Below are positions 22,036 to 35,211 of a stretch of 64,000 bases of DNA, in pieces. How positions within the stretch are numbered: position 1 is the first letter of the stretch; each line of letters opens with the position of its first letter. The notes below the pieces were generated by a model. That model did not search any database and was not told the origin of the DNA. It worked only from the letters and a program-made list of their open reading frames with translations. Origin of the DNA: Diplonema japonicum (Eukaryota > Protista > Euglenozoa: Diplonemea); contig OZ025684.1 of the NCBI GenBank assembly GCA_964019335.1, forward strand, positions 310,001 to 374,000, read 5' to 3'. The translations under genes and the position numbers were made by a program.

Positions 22036-22164
22036 CTTGCATGTCTCTCACACCAAAAACCAGACCCAGCAATAATGGTTGAGCATGTAGCTGCCATGAT
22101 TGGAAACAGCAAGCTCATTGACCAGTGCAGGGCCTGACAACATGTCGATGCGTGTGGTTGTTCT
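22036..22164. repeat. Interspersed repeat D, near-identical copy at ~41164-41294
   Basis: TCTTGCATGTCTCTC..ACCAAAAACCAGACCCAGCAATAATGGTTGAGCATGTAGCTGCCATGATTGG...GTGGTTGTTCTA occurs twice. Confidence 0.9.
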
Positions 22165-22718
22165 ATAATTGTTGTATAAATAGCTATATCTATCTATAGC
22201 TAAATCTATAAATAGCTAGAATTTTACGAGAAGGGTGGGTTGTGTTGCTCCCTTTTTTAGGATTTTTCTTCTTTTTTTCTTCATACTCATAGCCACTACT
22301 GATTAGATTGTGTGAACAATAACAAAAAAGTAAATAAAGATAGAAAAAAGGTTATAAAACATGGGAAACCGGGTTTCAGTGAGAAGTGGGGGAAAAAAAA
22401 AAAAGAAAAAAAAACCTGCAAGAAAGTAAATCCTTACCCGACACCTTATTAGATTGCCGTATGAATTTAATAGTCGGTGTCGTATGCAAACTCCGCGCGA
22501 GAGCCGCAGGCGGCTTAATAGAAAGAAGTAAAAAAGAAGAAAAAAAAAACCCCACCCCCCTTCATTCAAATGCAATGTGGTTTTTTTTTTTTTTTTTTTT
22601 GCACGCGCCAAGACATTAACAATAACTATTTTTTTTTTTCTTTCTTTCTTTTTTTAAAAACCTGATGCACACGGAATAGCGCAATAAATTGTCGTTCTCG
22701 TTTTGAATAGATTTCGTG

Positions 22719-22753
<35 letters not shown>

Positions 22754-22887
22754 CCTGCCGCAGTGCGCCAGAAACCAAGGTTGGGAGAAATACGTCGCCG
22801 TGTACATCAGGTTTAAAAAAAAAAAAAAAAAAACACCACACCGCACCGCTTACGCACCCCCCCCCCCCCCCCCTTTTTTTTTTCTTC

Positions 22888-23718
22888 TTACTCAGCGCGC
22901 ATAGCCGCCCTCAACGAAGCCACAGTAGCCATCTCAACACCACAAGAGACCAGCAGGTAGTGGTCCACATCACCGATGCACTCCAAAATATGCTCAGCAG
23001 CATAACTAGGGGAGAGCCTGAGAATGTCATTAGGCATGGCGTCGAGGAGGAACTTTGACTGCCGCTCAATAACATAACTGTGAACCACAAGGTTACCCTC
23101 TGACAGTGTGTAGTCAGCGATAATGGTATCACGTGCCACACCAGCAAGGAGGAGCAGGATGGCAGAGATGATCCCCGTCCGGTCCTTCCCCGCGGTGCAG
23201 TGAACCATGACAGGAACATCTCCAGACTGAATGCTTCTGTCAATGGCAACAAGTGTCTTTTTGATCTCCGCTGTAGCATCTTCCAAAATGGTTGTGTAAA
23301 GAGCCTTGAGCCCACCTTCAGAAAACCCGAGTTTTTTAATCCCGAAGGTGGTCATTGTTTCTGTCTGTCCCGTGATGTACAGACCTGCAAGGTATAGTTT
23401 GTCAAAGCAAGTTGTGTTTCGCATTATGACTTTCATAGTGGCGGGGCCCGTGAGATCTATGTGCACATGTTTTTCACCTCCTGCTAGAAGAGCGCCTTTT
23501 ACCCCATCGAACAAGGGGGCTTTGGTTATTTCTCGCTTGCTTCGGAGGTCTATAACTGTGCCGACTTTCAGAGTGTTTTCTAGGTGTGCGATGCCCTCTG
23601 CGGTGTAGTAGAGGGGCGCGCAGGATCGAAGAACCACTTGTTTCTTGGTCAGCACCCCGTCGGCGCAGAGGTGGCCCCCCAGATCCCTGAGGTTCACTCC
23701 GTCTTCCAATGTTGACAT
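22888..23718 (-). CDS. Protein tyrosine/serine phosphatase, PtpB/IphP-like (Y_phosphatase3 family)
   Basis: N-terminal NLRDLGG, VIDLRS, P-loop VHCTAGKDRTG, and IIADYTLS. Confidence 0.92.
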   Translation of the reverse strand: MSTLEDGVNLRDLGGHLCADGVLTKKQVVLRSCAPLYYTAEGIAHLENTLKVGTVIDLRSKREITKAPLFDGVKGALLAGGEKHVHIDLTGPATMKVIMRNTTCFDKLYLAGLYITGQTETMTTFGIKKLGFSEGGLKALYTTILEDATAEIKKTLVAIDRSIQSGDVPVMVHCTAGKDRTGIISAILLLLAGVARDTIIADYTLSEGNLVVHSYVIERQSKFLLDAMPNDILRLSPSYAAEHILECIGDVDHYLLVSCGVEMATVASLRAAMRAE

Positions 23719-24954
23719 TTTTTTTTTTTTTTTTTTTTTTGAGAAAAACTACAACACAGCAACCAAATGAAAATTTCTCCCTCACGTTTTTGTGGTCCAG
23801 TGTGTAGCTGTTGTTGTATGCCGCAAAAAAAAAAAAAAGAAGAAGAAAAAAAAAAAGAGGAAATCTTGGTCTACCGAGAGAAGAAAGAACGGAAAAGAAA
23901 AGGGGGAGGGGAGACTGAGAGAGACAGGAGGCGGGGCACGGTGGCGCTTTCATTCTTTTTTTTTTTTTTTTAATGGTCTTCTTTTTTTTTAATTCTCTCT
24001 TTGCACTTTTCTTTTCTTCTTCTTTTTTTTGTCTTGTTTTGTTTTCTCTGAGAATGAAATATGAAAGCATGCGAATATTTCTTATTTTCTTTCGTTTGTT
24101 GTTGTAGTTTCTTTTTTTTTGTAGATAAAAAAAAAAAAAAAAAGAATAGCTTTGAGTTTTTTTTTTCTTTTCTCGCACTACACTCATGGGAACAAGTTTA
24201 CAGCGAGTGTACGGGGGAGGGTTTTTTTTTTTTTTTTTTTGAGCTGCATGGAATAAAGTAACGATCCTCTTGTAATCCCCCCCCCCCCCCCCAACAATCG
24301 TAGCAGTTACTTAAGCTGAGTGTCGTAAGAGGAGAAGAAGAAAAAAGAGAGAAGAAAAAAAAACATCCTTCCTTCGATATATATTTTCTTTTTTTGCAAG
24401 AGGTCGGCATCGGAAAAAAAAAAAAAAAAAATAATAATAATAATAATATTAGAAAGCTATGGTTGTAACAGCTAAGACGAGGGGGGCGGGAGGTGGGTAG
24501 ACCATCGTAGGTTGGGAGACACGACCCAACGGACGGACCCCCGTGATTGCATTTTGGGGCACGGCTATGGAAGAGCCAGTCCCAGCCTACTCACGGGGGA
24601 GAAGGGAAAGAAAGAGGAACTGGCCGTTGTTTGTACGTGCCGGGTAAAACCTGGAGAAGTTTGTCAATTCGAAACACGTTGCCAACGTTCCCCTTTTGTT
24701 TAGACAAGTCAAAGACTCGTTCTTGCAAAAAAAATAAACAAAAATTCGATAAAGCCCTGAGTTTCTGCCTAACGAGATCCTTCAAGCATGGAAGTTTTCC
24801 ACCCCCCATCCTCTTCTGGGCAGAACGCCTTACGGAAATGGAAAAATGCGACAGCGTCCTTCTGACACGACGGGGTTCTTGTTTCATCCTAGGATCAAAA
24901 TTGCAAAAATTGGACCCCCGGAGATAGGCCGTGGTGTGCATCAGGTTAATGTAA

Positions 24955-24989
<35 letters not shown>

Positions 24990-25782
24990 AAATTATTAAC
25001 ATGCAAGGGGGTATGGTCAGTACTAGGTAGCTCTCAGTTCCTATCTAATCTTGCGACTCCTCCAAGTGCTGATCTCTTCAGGCAGTAGCACCCTTCATTG
25101 GCTCCCACTAGCGTCCCAGCAGGTATGGAGAGCACTTTTCCCGACCGAAAAAATAAGATTTATTTCTAAGCTGCCTTTTTCTTGAAATTTTGCGGAAAGA
25201 AGGACTTGAGGACACTCCCAAAGTTGGCCTTAGGTTCTAGATTTCGTTCGAAAGCAGTTTGTAAGTAAAAAAAAAAAAGATATGACCCCCTAAGCCCCTA
25301 CATTCTTTTTTTTTTCTCGAGAGAACTACAACTCTTCGGTTTTTTTTTTCCCATGTCTGATACAGACAAGGTCTAGTCTTCAAAAAAAAAAAAAAAAAAA
25401 AAAGAAATTGCTGGCAGGGGTAAAAGGTTTTGCACATCTAGACTCATCGAGAAAAAAAAAAGAACTATTTTAAGAGTGCGTTTGCTGATGGAAAAAGAAA
25501 AAAAAAGAAGGAAAAAAAAAAAAAAAAAAAACCTTACCCATAAAAAAGAAAAGGAGCATCGCCTACCGACCACGTGGAACAGGAAAACTTCCAATTACGG
25601 TTATGGAGCCCAAGGAGAACGGTAGCCCTTGAGGGAATAAGGAAACGGACCTAAAGTACTAAGGGTAAAGCACTTGGGGGTGACATATCTATTTGTAAAC
25701 CTCTTACTCAAAAAAAAAAAGCTCGATTTTTTGCTGGAGAGAACAGCTTACAACCCGTAAACACGTTTTGGCCAACTTTCCT

Positions 25783-25827
<45 letters not shown>

Positions 25828-27467
25828 ACAGGCGTCCTGCCACATACCGCAGGTACCCTTAAATGTCTCTTTTTTTTTTTTTTTTTTTTAAATTCAGCAC
25901 CATGAATATTACCTTTTGTTGCGCAGCAAGTAAGGTATCATCGTAGCTTAGCTCGCGGGGAGGGGGGAGTATGTCCACTCTGTCTGGCTTATAGTTACCA
26001 TCACTTCTGATGTGAGCAGTTTGGGGAGTGGGGAGCTGCAACCCCGTCACTTTATTTAAAAAAGAAAAAAATTCACTATGATAATAAACGAAGATTAGCA
26101 ACAGCCCACAAAAAAAAAAAAAAAAAAAAAATAGGAAAATTAAAAGAAAGAAATGTTTCTGAAGAACCCGAACGAAAATACAGTAAAGAAAAAAAAAAAA
26201 AAAAAACAAAGGGAAGGGTGTAAAAAAAAAAAAAAATTATGAAAAAAATGAAAAAAAAAAAAAAAAAAAGTATCAACTGTAAAAACGAAAAACGAGGTTA
26301 AGCAATGGTACATGGGGACGGAGGCCCAGCCTTTTTTTTCGTGCCTGGAGCAAGTAGCTTGGTCTCTGCGTCCCCACGAAAAACCATTTTTTTCTTCTTT
26401 TTTTTCTTTTTTGACGAAGGGTTTCGTTTTACAGAATAAAAGAAAAAGAAAAATTCACTTTGATAGGAACGAAGTGGTTAGCAACGGCCCGCCAAAAAAA
26501 GAAAAGGTGTTGTTCTTTTTGTGAACACACAACGCCAAGAATTACCTGTAGAAAAGGTAATTGCCCAGCAAGAATGCAACCTCCAATATATACTCTGTTT
26601 TTTTCTGATATAACAATTCATTTTGCAAAGCAAAATCAAAAGAAAAAAAATAAAAAAGAAGAAGAATACAAACCCACTGCGTGCGCTTCCAAGGCATTGC
26701 CATCTTTTCCCCCCCGCCCTTTTTACTTTTTTAGATAAATCAAAAAGGACTGCATTTCTGCAAGCAAAAAAAAGGGGGAGGGGGAGAGGACAGGGGGAGC
26801 AAGAAATCTTGATACGCGCCATCCCGTAGTAGAGAGAAAATAAGAAATTACAGCGTGTCCCTGGGTAACGCTCCTTGGGTACACGGTTTTCTTTTTTTTT
26901 TTCTTTATTTCGCTCTTCGTCATTTTTTTCTTCACCTCACTAGGGCCTCATATTGGGGCTTCAAAGTGAAAAAAATGGGTCGCGTCGTGGAAATTCTTTT
27001 TTTGGGTTGGGGTATTTTGACTATTTTTGGCTATCTCCGGCCCTTTAAAAGAGGGAATAAGTGCTTTACCTTCCTTAAGAAACCACGGCGAAAAATAGCT
27101 ACCCCGTACTACCTTAGGGAAATCCCCCAAAAAAAAAGCAGGCCCGTAGCAGTGAAGAGTGAAATAAAACGACTTACTTGCCGCCAAACGAGCCATTTTT
27201 TAAACACTCGTTACCGTTCGGGAACTCAAGTAAAAATAATGACTCATAAAATTCGTTGGCGATAAAACGGCTATTTTTTTTTTTTTTTTTCTTTTTTCCC
27301 GAGGTGCAGATCTGGTTCAGTGTGAAGCACTTGTGCAGTGAAACAAAAGAAAACTCGATAATTAAAGGAAGTCAATGGGGGCGCCCTGCACAAAAAAAAA
27401 AGCGCCAGAATGAAAAAATCTTTCTATTCAAAAAAGAAGGGGGAAAAAAAAAAGTTGTCTCGATTTT

Positions 27468-27896
27468 AGTGGTGCCATGCAGTATGTGACACAGCGGCCA
27501 CCCTTGTGAAACTTCGCCCCGAAGCCTCCCAAGTCCCCTGTGGTCCCGTAGAAAGTAAAAGTGGAGAGGTAAAGAAAGCTTGGAAATTGAAATAGGGAGA
27601 GGGCCACAGAAGCAATTAAACACCAACTGGAGAGTTGTGGGAGGCTTGCTTCACTGGCACGATGCCGCGGGGAGGCTACTTGCCTGACCTGGTGAAGCCA
27701 CCTCCTTGTTCGATGTAATGGGATAAGGGACTCTCCGTTGAGGGCGATGCTAACTGGCGCCACGCGTAGGGTGGGCTCTCCACCCCCGTCCAGGTTTCCC
27801 CATGTGTACGGCTTTAGAACGAGAGTTTCCCTTTCGCTTGTGTTTCTCCAAACCACAATTACCAGGAACCACCACAGGGAGGTTGGAAACATTGGT
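27468..27896. repeat. Interspersed repeat E, shorter copy at ~51478-51760
   Basis: Shared GGTGCCATGCA.TATGTGACACAGCGGCCACCCTTGTGAA and GATGCTAACTGG.GCCAC.CGTAGGGT.GGCTCTCCACCCCCGTCCAG blocks. Confidence 0.85.
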
Positions 27897-28145
27897 CCCC
27901 AAAAAAAAAAAAAAAAAAAAAAAAAAAGAAGAAATGAATATAGTCAAATCTATAATTTAAAAAAAAAAAAAAAATCCTCATCCCTTCTTTTTTTTTTTTT
28001 TTTTCTCTTTTGCCTTGTTTTTCACTAAGCTCACACTTCTTTTTTCCCTTTTTACTTACTCATTGTCACTGAACACTGCAACGATCGGGGCTCCGAAGTA
28101 CTTTTTGAGGGGGAAGGGCAAGGAGTGGAATATAATTTCCTTTAA

Positions 28146-29941
28146 CCATTAAGCCCACAGGCAAAAAACCGAAAAAAGCCCATTTTTGAGGCGATTCCAA
28201 AAAATTCAAAAAAATGGCAGCATTTAACCATACAAAGTGTTCTTTTTATGGAGAAATGACCTCTGGAGACATTCAGGTATCAGGGTTCCCCTGAACTGGC
28301 TTTTGAACTTATGATTTTTGACCCAACACCCTTTTTGGTAAGGGGGGGAAGAGGAGTAGGAAAAAGTGCAAATAAATAATAATAAAATGCACTAAAAACC
28401 CCTTGTAACACTATTCTAGCCCAGATTTAGCTTGCGTTTCACACCTCTCTGGCCAGTGGAGGGGGTCCGGGGGTCCATCAGTGAGTTTCTGGTACTTGTC
28501 GGTGTTTCGGGCTCCCGAAGATCATCCTCGGTGATGTCCTCGTTCAGGTGGTAAAGCCAAAAGCAAGGTGTGGAATAGAGGCACTTGCCACAGGTGGAAC
28601 ATTCATAGCCAGAGGACCTTCTGGGACCCATGCAATGATGGACTACGGACCTATTATGCTAATTTTTGCAGGAAAATGCTCTTTGATGCGGTCAAACCTT
28701 ACATCCTTCGAGTCTTGTGGTCTCGATGGTGCAGGTTCTTTGCCCATTGCCCATGCATTTACAGAGGCCGTGTGCGATGCATTCTTCCAGTTCATTGAAC
28801 TTGATGGGGGAATTGACGCTCTTCGCAAGTACCCAGCAGCTGAAGAGGCTTTTGTCAAGCAGGAACCTTAATATTTTCATCTGCCACCGGCGGCTTTGGA
28901 CTACTTTGTGTTGCGTTGGGTGGCAGCGTCGTTCCCATCTACACCCCCCATAAGGGAGGTGTAGGTTTCAACGACCTTTGGAATGGGAAAGGCGACCCCG
29001 GACTTTTTCTTTGCCTTGCCGACCCATCTTTGACGAGTGGCGGTCATCTTTGGCTTGAAAGGGGAGAAGCACAAAAGAAAAGTGCATGCCGGGCCTGTTT
29101 CGTTGGAACACCCGGAACTCTCCCCTTTTCATCACCTGCCCCCGTTCCTTGATAGTCCGGGAGACCTTTCCCCAACGCTGCATCGCAGCTTCAACCAGCC
29201 AGCGGGCCTGCGGGCCTTGTAGAGTTTGTCATGCCGGGCTGATCTCATCTCGATCAGGGTCCCGGGATGGGTCCTTGCACAGATATATGTTTCCAAAGAA
29301 CAGCTCAAACCGGTTTCCGGACATGACGCGCAAACCCCTGAGTATGCATAATGGAGTCAGGATCGGTTTTCCAGTAGTCACGGAAGTTGGGACGGGTGGT
29401 GAGGTCCATTAACACCCATAGGCCCAGAAACGCTCGGATTTCGGCTTCCGTGACTCTTTTGTCGATTTTGCGCTCCAGGTGGTTGTTTGTGAATGCTGTC
29501 AGGCATCGGAGGGTGTATGGTGTAAAAAACGAATAAAAAAGCTGGAGAGGGCTCTTCCCTGTTGGGTCGTCTGCTGGTTCGATTACACTGCCTCTTTCCA
29601 CCCCATTTCCTTCAATTCTTCCACACTATCCTCCCCCCAAGCACTACTAGACTCAGAACTACCATTTTCTGACATTTCTTCGCATTCTTCATCACTCACG
29701 ACCAGCCCTCTGCTCCAGTCGAGTATTCTTCATTCTCAAATCATTTTTTCCCGGATTTTCAACCTCTCAAATTCTTAAAATAATGCTGAAAAAGGGCAGC
29801 ATTTAGCCAAACAAAGTGGAAAAAATCGCGCAATGGCGTCAGAAAAGTGAAAGAAAGGTCATAATTTGACCAAAAGGCCTATAGATTTCTTTTTTTTTTT
29901 TTTTTTATGTCATATATATATATGACATGTGGGTTTAATGG
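28146..29941 (-). mobile_element. piggyBac-family DNA transposon, internally deleted and degenerate (element PB1)
   Basis: TTAA at 28142-45 and 29942-45; TIRs CCATTAAGCCCACA / TGTGGGTTTAATGG. Minus-strand transposase remnants SPLQLFYSFF...EIRAFLGLWVLM...RDYW, GGVDGND, and Cys-rich end YECSTCGKCLYSTPCFWLYH, with stops and frameshifts. Confidence 0.9.
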
Positions 29942-30599
29942 TTAAAAAAAAAAAAAAAACAAAAAAAAAAAAAACAAAATGAAGAAACATAGCACGGGTG
30001 CCAAAAACCAAACCCAAAAAGGTGGGTAAGAGTCTAAATACCGGGGTAAGAATCAGAGTTCGCAATTTTTTTTTTTTTTTTGGAACTCGATAGAAAAAGT
30101 GAAAAAGAAGAACAGGCGTGCGTGCAGGGTAGAAACCTGGAGAAAGCTTGTAATCCCATACACATCCTGCCAATATTCCCCTTTTGTCTTTTTGTTAAGA
30201 AAAGTCGAAGAAGACTATTCTTGCAAAAAGCGAGGGGGGGACGGGGGATGGAGAAGTTTTAAAAAGAATACCTACTGAAAAGCTCTTCATAAATCTTTGA
30301 AAATGAGAGCAAACACATACCCCCTTTATGGGAAAAAAAAGGGGGGGGGGAGGAGGGGGTTCCCTTAGGTATATCGAGGTACTTCACCGGTATTGGTCTG
30401 TAGACCGACGCACCCACAGGGGTGAGACATAGTTTGTTTGCTATTAGCAGGATTCGTTAGAAGAACTCTTGCCAGTCTACAGGGAAACAATGAGCACTCT
30501 CCTTCATTCAGTTCGAAATAAGAGCCATTCTTTTTTTTCTTTTTTTTTTTTTTTTTTTTTCTTCTTGCAAGAGAGAGCATTCTTTTTTTTTTTTTTTTA

Positions 30600-31203
30600 A
30601 TTATTTCACTCTTCAGAAATTACTTTCACGCACTAGGTGGGGCCCCATTACTTCACGCTAAATCTCATTACTTCACGGTGAAATAATGGCCTGTTTTCCG
30701 TGAAGTAATAGGGGGTTTCCGGTAAATAATATGCCTCGGTAGGCCAATTTTTGCTTCGGTTCGGTTCCCAGTGGGGCTACTTTTTCCTCTCAGTTTGCTA
30801 TTTCCCCCCAGGTTCAGCTCAATTGGCCAACTTTTGCCTCGGCTCAGTTCCAAGTTGGACTACTTTTTCCTCCCAATTTGCCCACTTTTGGCTAGGCCTT
30901 GTTCCCAGTTTCTGTGGGTAACTCTTCTGTGGGTAAGGGTAACTTAGTCAGCTACCCAAGCACCCCAAAAGACTTCAAAATACCGAAGCAGTAGAAAAAA
31001 AGGAGCCAGCGGCCGCGCCAGGTATGGGAAGGCTTGATTAGAGATGGTGGCAGTGGCAATGCCAGCGACAGCGGCAGCTCTTAGTCAACAAAAGGAGGGA
31101 AAACAACTTGTATTGTAACCTTTGTAACCCCTCTCTTGTTGTACCCCTTGTCACCCTGTTGTGCCCCTCGTGGTGAAGTAATTTCAGAGTGTCGTGAAAT
31201 AAA
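30600..31203. mobile_element. Possible MITE with imperfect terminal inverted repeats and internal short sub-repeats
   Basis: Left TTATTTCACTCTTCAGAAATTACTTTCACG is approximately the reverse complement of right GTGAAGTAATTTCAGAGTGTCGTGAAATAA. Non-coding, with degenerate repeats at ~30750-30910. Confidence 0.4.
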
Positions 31204-31219
31204 ACCACTTACCTACCGC

Positions 31220-31327
31220 CAAGTAATGCTTTACCGACCTCTCGGTTCCGCATTTTACCATCTTGGGCACTGCGGGCCCTCGACGGTAAAATGCGGAACC
31301 TCGAGGTAACGGTAAAGTCATTACTTG
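31220..31327. repeat. ~108-bp long imperfect palindrome (foldback hairpin)
   Basis: Left arm CAAGTAATGCTTTACCGACCTCTCGGTTCCGCATTTTACCATC pairs with right arm GACGGTAAAATGCGGAACCTCGAGGTAACGGTAAAGTCATTACTTG. Confidence 0.85.
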
Positions 31328-32816
31328 TTGGCAGCAAATAGCTATTCGTTTCTTTTTTTTCCCCCCCCTTCTACCCTACCCAAAAATAAAGAGGACACAG
31401 TTTTTGCGGGACATTTTTTTCGCCCAGGACCCTTTGTGCGAAGGGTGAAAATCGCTTGTGGGAACTTTTGGCGAAGATATGAACAAGCTGGGTAAATAAG
31501 TGGAGGCTTGCGATACTGTCGAGGAGCAAAGCGAGACTCCAGCCGAAAAGTAAGTGATGAACCCCTCCTACAGGTCCCGGGCAGGGATCCCAAAGGGCAA
31601 AAGAACCTCCCAGAAAAAAAGAAAAAAAAAAGGATCGGACAGCGGCAGAGGGGCAGAGGGTTAAAGTTTTCTTTTTTTTTTTCTTTCTCTTCTTCTTGCG
31701 TTTTTTTTTTTTTCTTCTTCTTCTTTTTCCTTTTTTTTCCTTTTTTTTTTCTCTTTTTTTGCAGCTTAAAACATAGATATGAAAACTAATAATAGCGAAG
31801 AAAAAAAAGGGGGGGAAAAGAAAAAAAAGAAAAAAAGAAAAAAAAACGGAAGTTGCTTCACACCCTTCGGTGGTCTGTTTCACCTTTTTTCTTCTTTTTT
31901 TCTTTCCTTTTTTTTTCCCCCCCTTTTTTAAAAAAGGCTTTTCGGAAAAGTAAAAAAAAAAAAAAAAAAAAAGAGAAAAATAAAAAGGCAACTCAATGAC
32001 GCTCCATTCATTTGTGCGCACAAGCGTTATTTTTACCTAATAAAAATTAACACCCTGTTGCATTGAAGCAAACGTTCTTCTTTTTTTTTTTCTTTTTTTT
32101 ATTCTTTCGACTTTGTTTTTTTTTAGTAAAGAATTGTTGAAACAAAGGGAAAGAAAAAAAAATCGGTTGTTCTGGAAAAAAAAAAAAAAAAAAAAAGGGT
32201 CTAGATCAAATTACACATCTAGATTTCATTTTTATTTCTTTCGTTTTTCTTCTTAAGAGGGGGGAAAAAGGGGGAAGGTATAATCCCCCTCGCCCCATTT
32301 TTGCCATTTTAACCAAATCACAAATCTTCTTCTTTATTATGCTGTAGTACGTGATCGTGACTCTTGCAGAGTTTTCCTTTTTTTATATTTCGGTTCTAAA
32401 CTTTTTCTCATTGTACCATTAGTAAGTCTTTGACAAAAGTATTGTTAAGAAAACAAAAAAAAGGGGGGGGGGAGAAGGGATAAATTCTCTTTTCAATCAA
32501 AAAAAAGAAGAAAAAAAGCAAGCACAACGGATGACACAGACATTTCATACGTGCCTCACCGAGGAAAATTAGCCAAAAAAAAAAAAAGAAAGAAAGAAAA
32601 GAATATTTATATGAAGAAGACTGAACAAACTTGAATAAGAAACAACTCCCGAGTAAGGGGGAAAAAAAAAAAAAAACTAGTTTGGCGCTCCATTTGTTTG
32701 TGTGCACGAGCGGAATTTTACCTAATAAAATAGCTCATTACGCTGCCATCAAATAGTTTTTAGTCTCGACAATAATATTGTTAAAACAAAAAACAAAAAA
32801 AAAAAATATATATATG

Positions 32817-33809
32817 AGTTAAAGGAAGTCTTTGTGAGACGCCCCCTTGTTCTCATCTTCTACCTGCACCTATCCCCTTTCAGCAGCGGTTTCTCCTCCT
32901 TTGGTGGTCTTGCCGGCCTTCTCCCCAGCCTGGCCGCTCTTTCTCTTCGTTCTCTCGCCCATTGTCCTTTCAACGCCTCTAGGTCATGCTTGGTCTTCGG
33001 TGATGCAAATATCGCCCTCCTGTTCCATCCGATCCCCGCCTTTGTCCTCCCGATGGATCGTAGTGTGTGCACCCTTGTGCTCGGCTCAGCTGGGAAGGCC
33101 CTCCTTCCTTTCACCTTCTTCAGTACCCTCCCTAGCTCCCATGTGTGCCAGATCTTCTTCATCAGTCCATGCAATCTCCTCGCTTTCTGCTGTACTTCTG
33201 CGAGATCCCCCAGCTTCCCTCCAAGGGTCTTCCCGGTCACGTTCTCGAAATCCAGTGCCAGCTCCACCGTCGACACTGACGTGTTCCTGCTGCCTGCATA
33301 CCAGCGCAGTTGCCGCATCCACCTCAGCACCTCCTTCGTGTACTCCCGTAGGACATCCCCTGCCGGTAGCTTGCCGAAGTCCTTGTCCGACGGTACTGGG
33401 TGTTCTTGTCCTTGTGTGATCTCCAGCCACTGGTGTGTGTGTGGTACACCTCCTGCCTCTTCGCTTGTAGGGCTGCGTCCCGCTCCCCCACCACCGCCAG
33501 CAGGTACCTCTGCGTTCCTTCGAGCCTTTCCCTGACATCCTTCCCTGCTCCCCTTGGCAGGATGCCATGCAGCTTCGTACACGGTTCCAGCCCCCTGCGC
33601 GTCATGCCTTCGTGTTCTTCCCGCTGTTGCACTTCCTTGGCCTTTTCGCACTCCCACAGTGCGTGCTCCAGCATGTTGGGCAGCTGTTGCTCCTGACCGC
33701 AGATGTCGCAGTGTGCCGTCGTGGGTTCGGCCTGCTTAGCTTCTTGCTTCCTCGCCTCCGCAATCAGCCACTTTTCGGTGTCCTGTCCTTCCTCTTCTTC
33801 TTCTTCTTG
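32817..33809 (-). mobile_element. 5'-truncated non-LTR retrotransposon (LINE) 3' end, copy 1
   Basis: Minus translation HCDICGQEQQLPNMLEHALWEC (CCHC knuckle as in LINE ORF2 C-termini), then ...LRWMRQLRW...ELALDFENVTG...; frameshift at a (CA)n run. Near-identical copy at 56059-56807. Confidence 0.75.
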
Positions 33810-35211
33810 TAAAAAAAAGGTGAACTAAACTCTTGCGGGGAAAAAAAAAAAGAAAAAACGAGAGTAAAGCTATTTACTGCCAACAGGGAAACATCGAGGA
33901 TTTAAAAAAAAAAAAAAAAAAAAAAAAAGAAAGAAAGTTCCTTTTTGACGGTAGGTGAAAGTAAATTTTCAGAAAGAGTGAGCGGAAAATTATTTTCTTT
34001 TTCCGGCTTGGGTGTAATTATGACCCCCCCCCCCCCCCCCCAAAGATGCTCTCTCTTTTTTTTTTTTTATCCTTTGCCCCATTGCAATAACCGCTTTATT
34101 CATAGAATGCTGTATTGCTTTCCTGTTCTACTCCGATGATTTGTGCACTTGCAGCACATAGAGATTTAAACAAAAGAAGAAAATAAAAGAAGAAAAAAAA
34201 CCAAGTTATAGCGCTCCATTTTAATTTGTGTGCATAAACGGGGGGGAGTTGTCCACGATCCACCGGAAGAAAAAGGAAACTCTTTTTTTTTTTTTAAAGG
34301 GGCGCCTTACCTTTGGGGGGAAGGGGGGGGAATAAGAAAAAGAAAGTACTTTATTAGAGCTGCGAAGCACTAACATCGCCTTTAAAAAGCTCTGCTTCAG
34401 GGGTTAAGGTCCAGTTTCCTTTTTTTTCCCCCCCTCTTTTTTTTCTTTTTTTCCTTCATCCAAAGCGTTTTTTTTTTTTCAAAAAGATGCAAATCTTTGT
34501 AACATTACGTCCTTGGAAAAAAAAAAAAAAAAAGAGAAAAAAAAAAAAAAATCGCAGTGATGAGGAAGAGAAAGTGTCTCCAGAATGACCTTTTTTTTTT
34601 TTTTTTTTTTTTAAATACTTTTCAACAAACAAGGATATATCCGAGCAAAAAAAAAAGAAAAAAAAAAAAAAAAAGAAGAAGAAAGCAAGTTTTGGTGCGC
34701 ACCTCGGCTAACCAAGATTCTGCGCTCGTTTGTTGTCGTCCTGAGTAATCTGTAATGTACTTCCCTAGGGGTTTGCGAACCAACAAATCTGATGTACTTC
34801 TTTACATCTTCATGATATCCTTGTTGCATTACCCACATATATATTCCGCGCCTTTACGTGGCTGCGGCGGGCTTCATAAGAACCCCTTTCCCCCCAACCC
34901 AAGGCTCGCCATTTTTTTTTTCTTTTTCTTTTTTTAGAAGGATTTTCGCATTATAAAATAGTTTTTTTTTTTTTTTTTCCCAAACGATACTAGAACACAT
35001 GATGTAGCCTCGGAAAAAAAAAAAAAAAAAAAAATGTCCCCTACAGGAGGGAAGGGGGGGGGGGGGGTGTAGTTTCTTTTTTTTTTCTTTTCTTCCTTTT
35101 TCCCGCCATTTTTTTTTTTTTTAAAAAATGTTAGAAAGAAACAAAAAAAAAAAAATTTGGGGTTTACATTTTATCTGAAGGGGGGGGAAATCTTTTATCA
35201 TAAAAATCTTC

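Noticed and set aside
30900-30945. CAGTTTCTGT resembling part of a euglenozoan spliced leader
   Set aside because: Only about 10 nt match; the rest of the leader and the donor context are absent.
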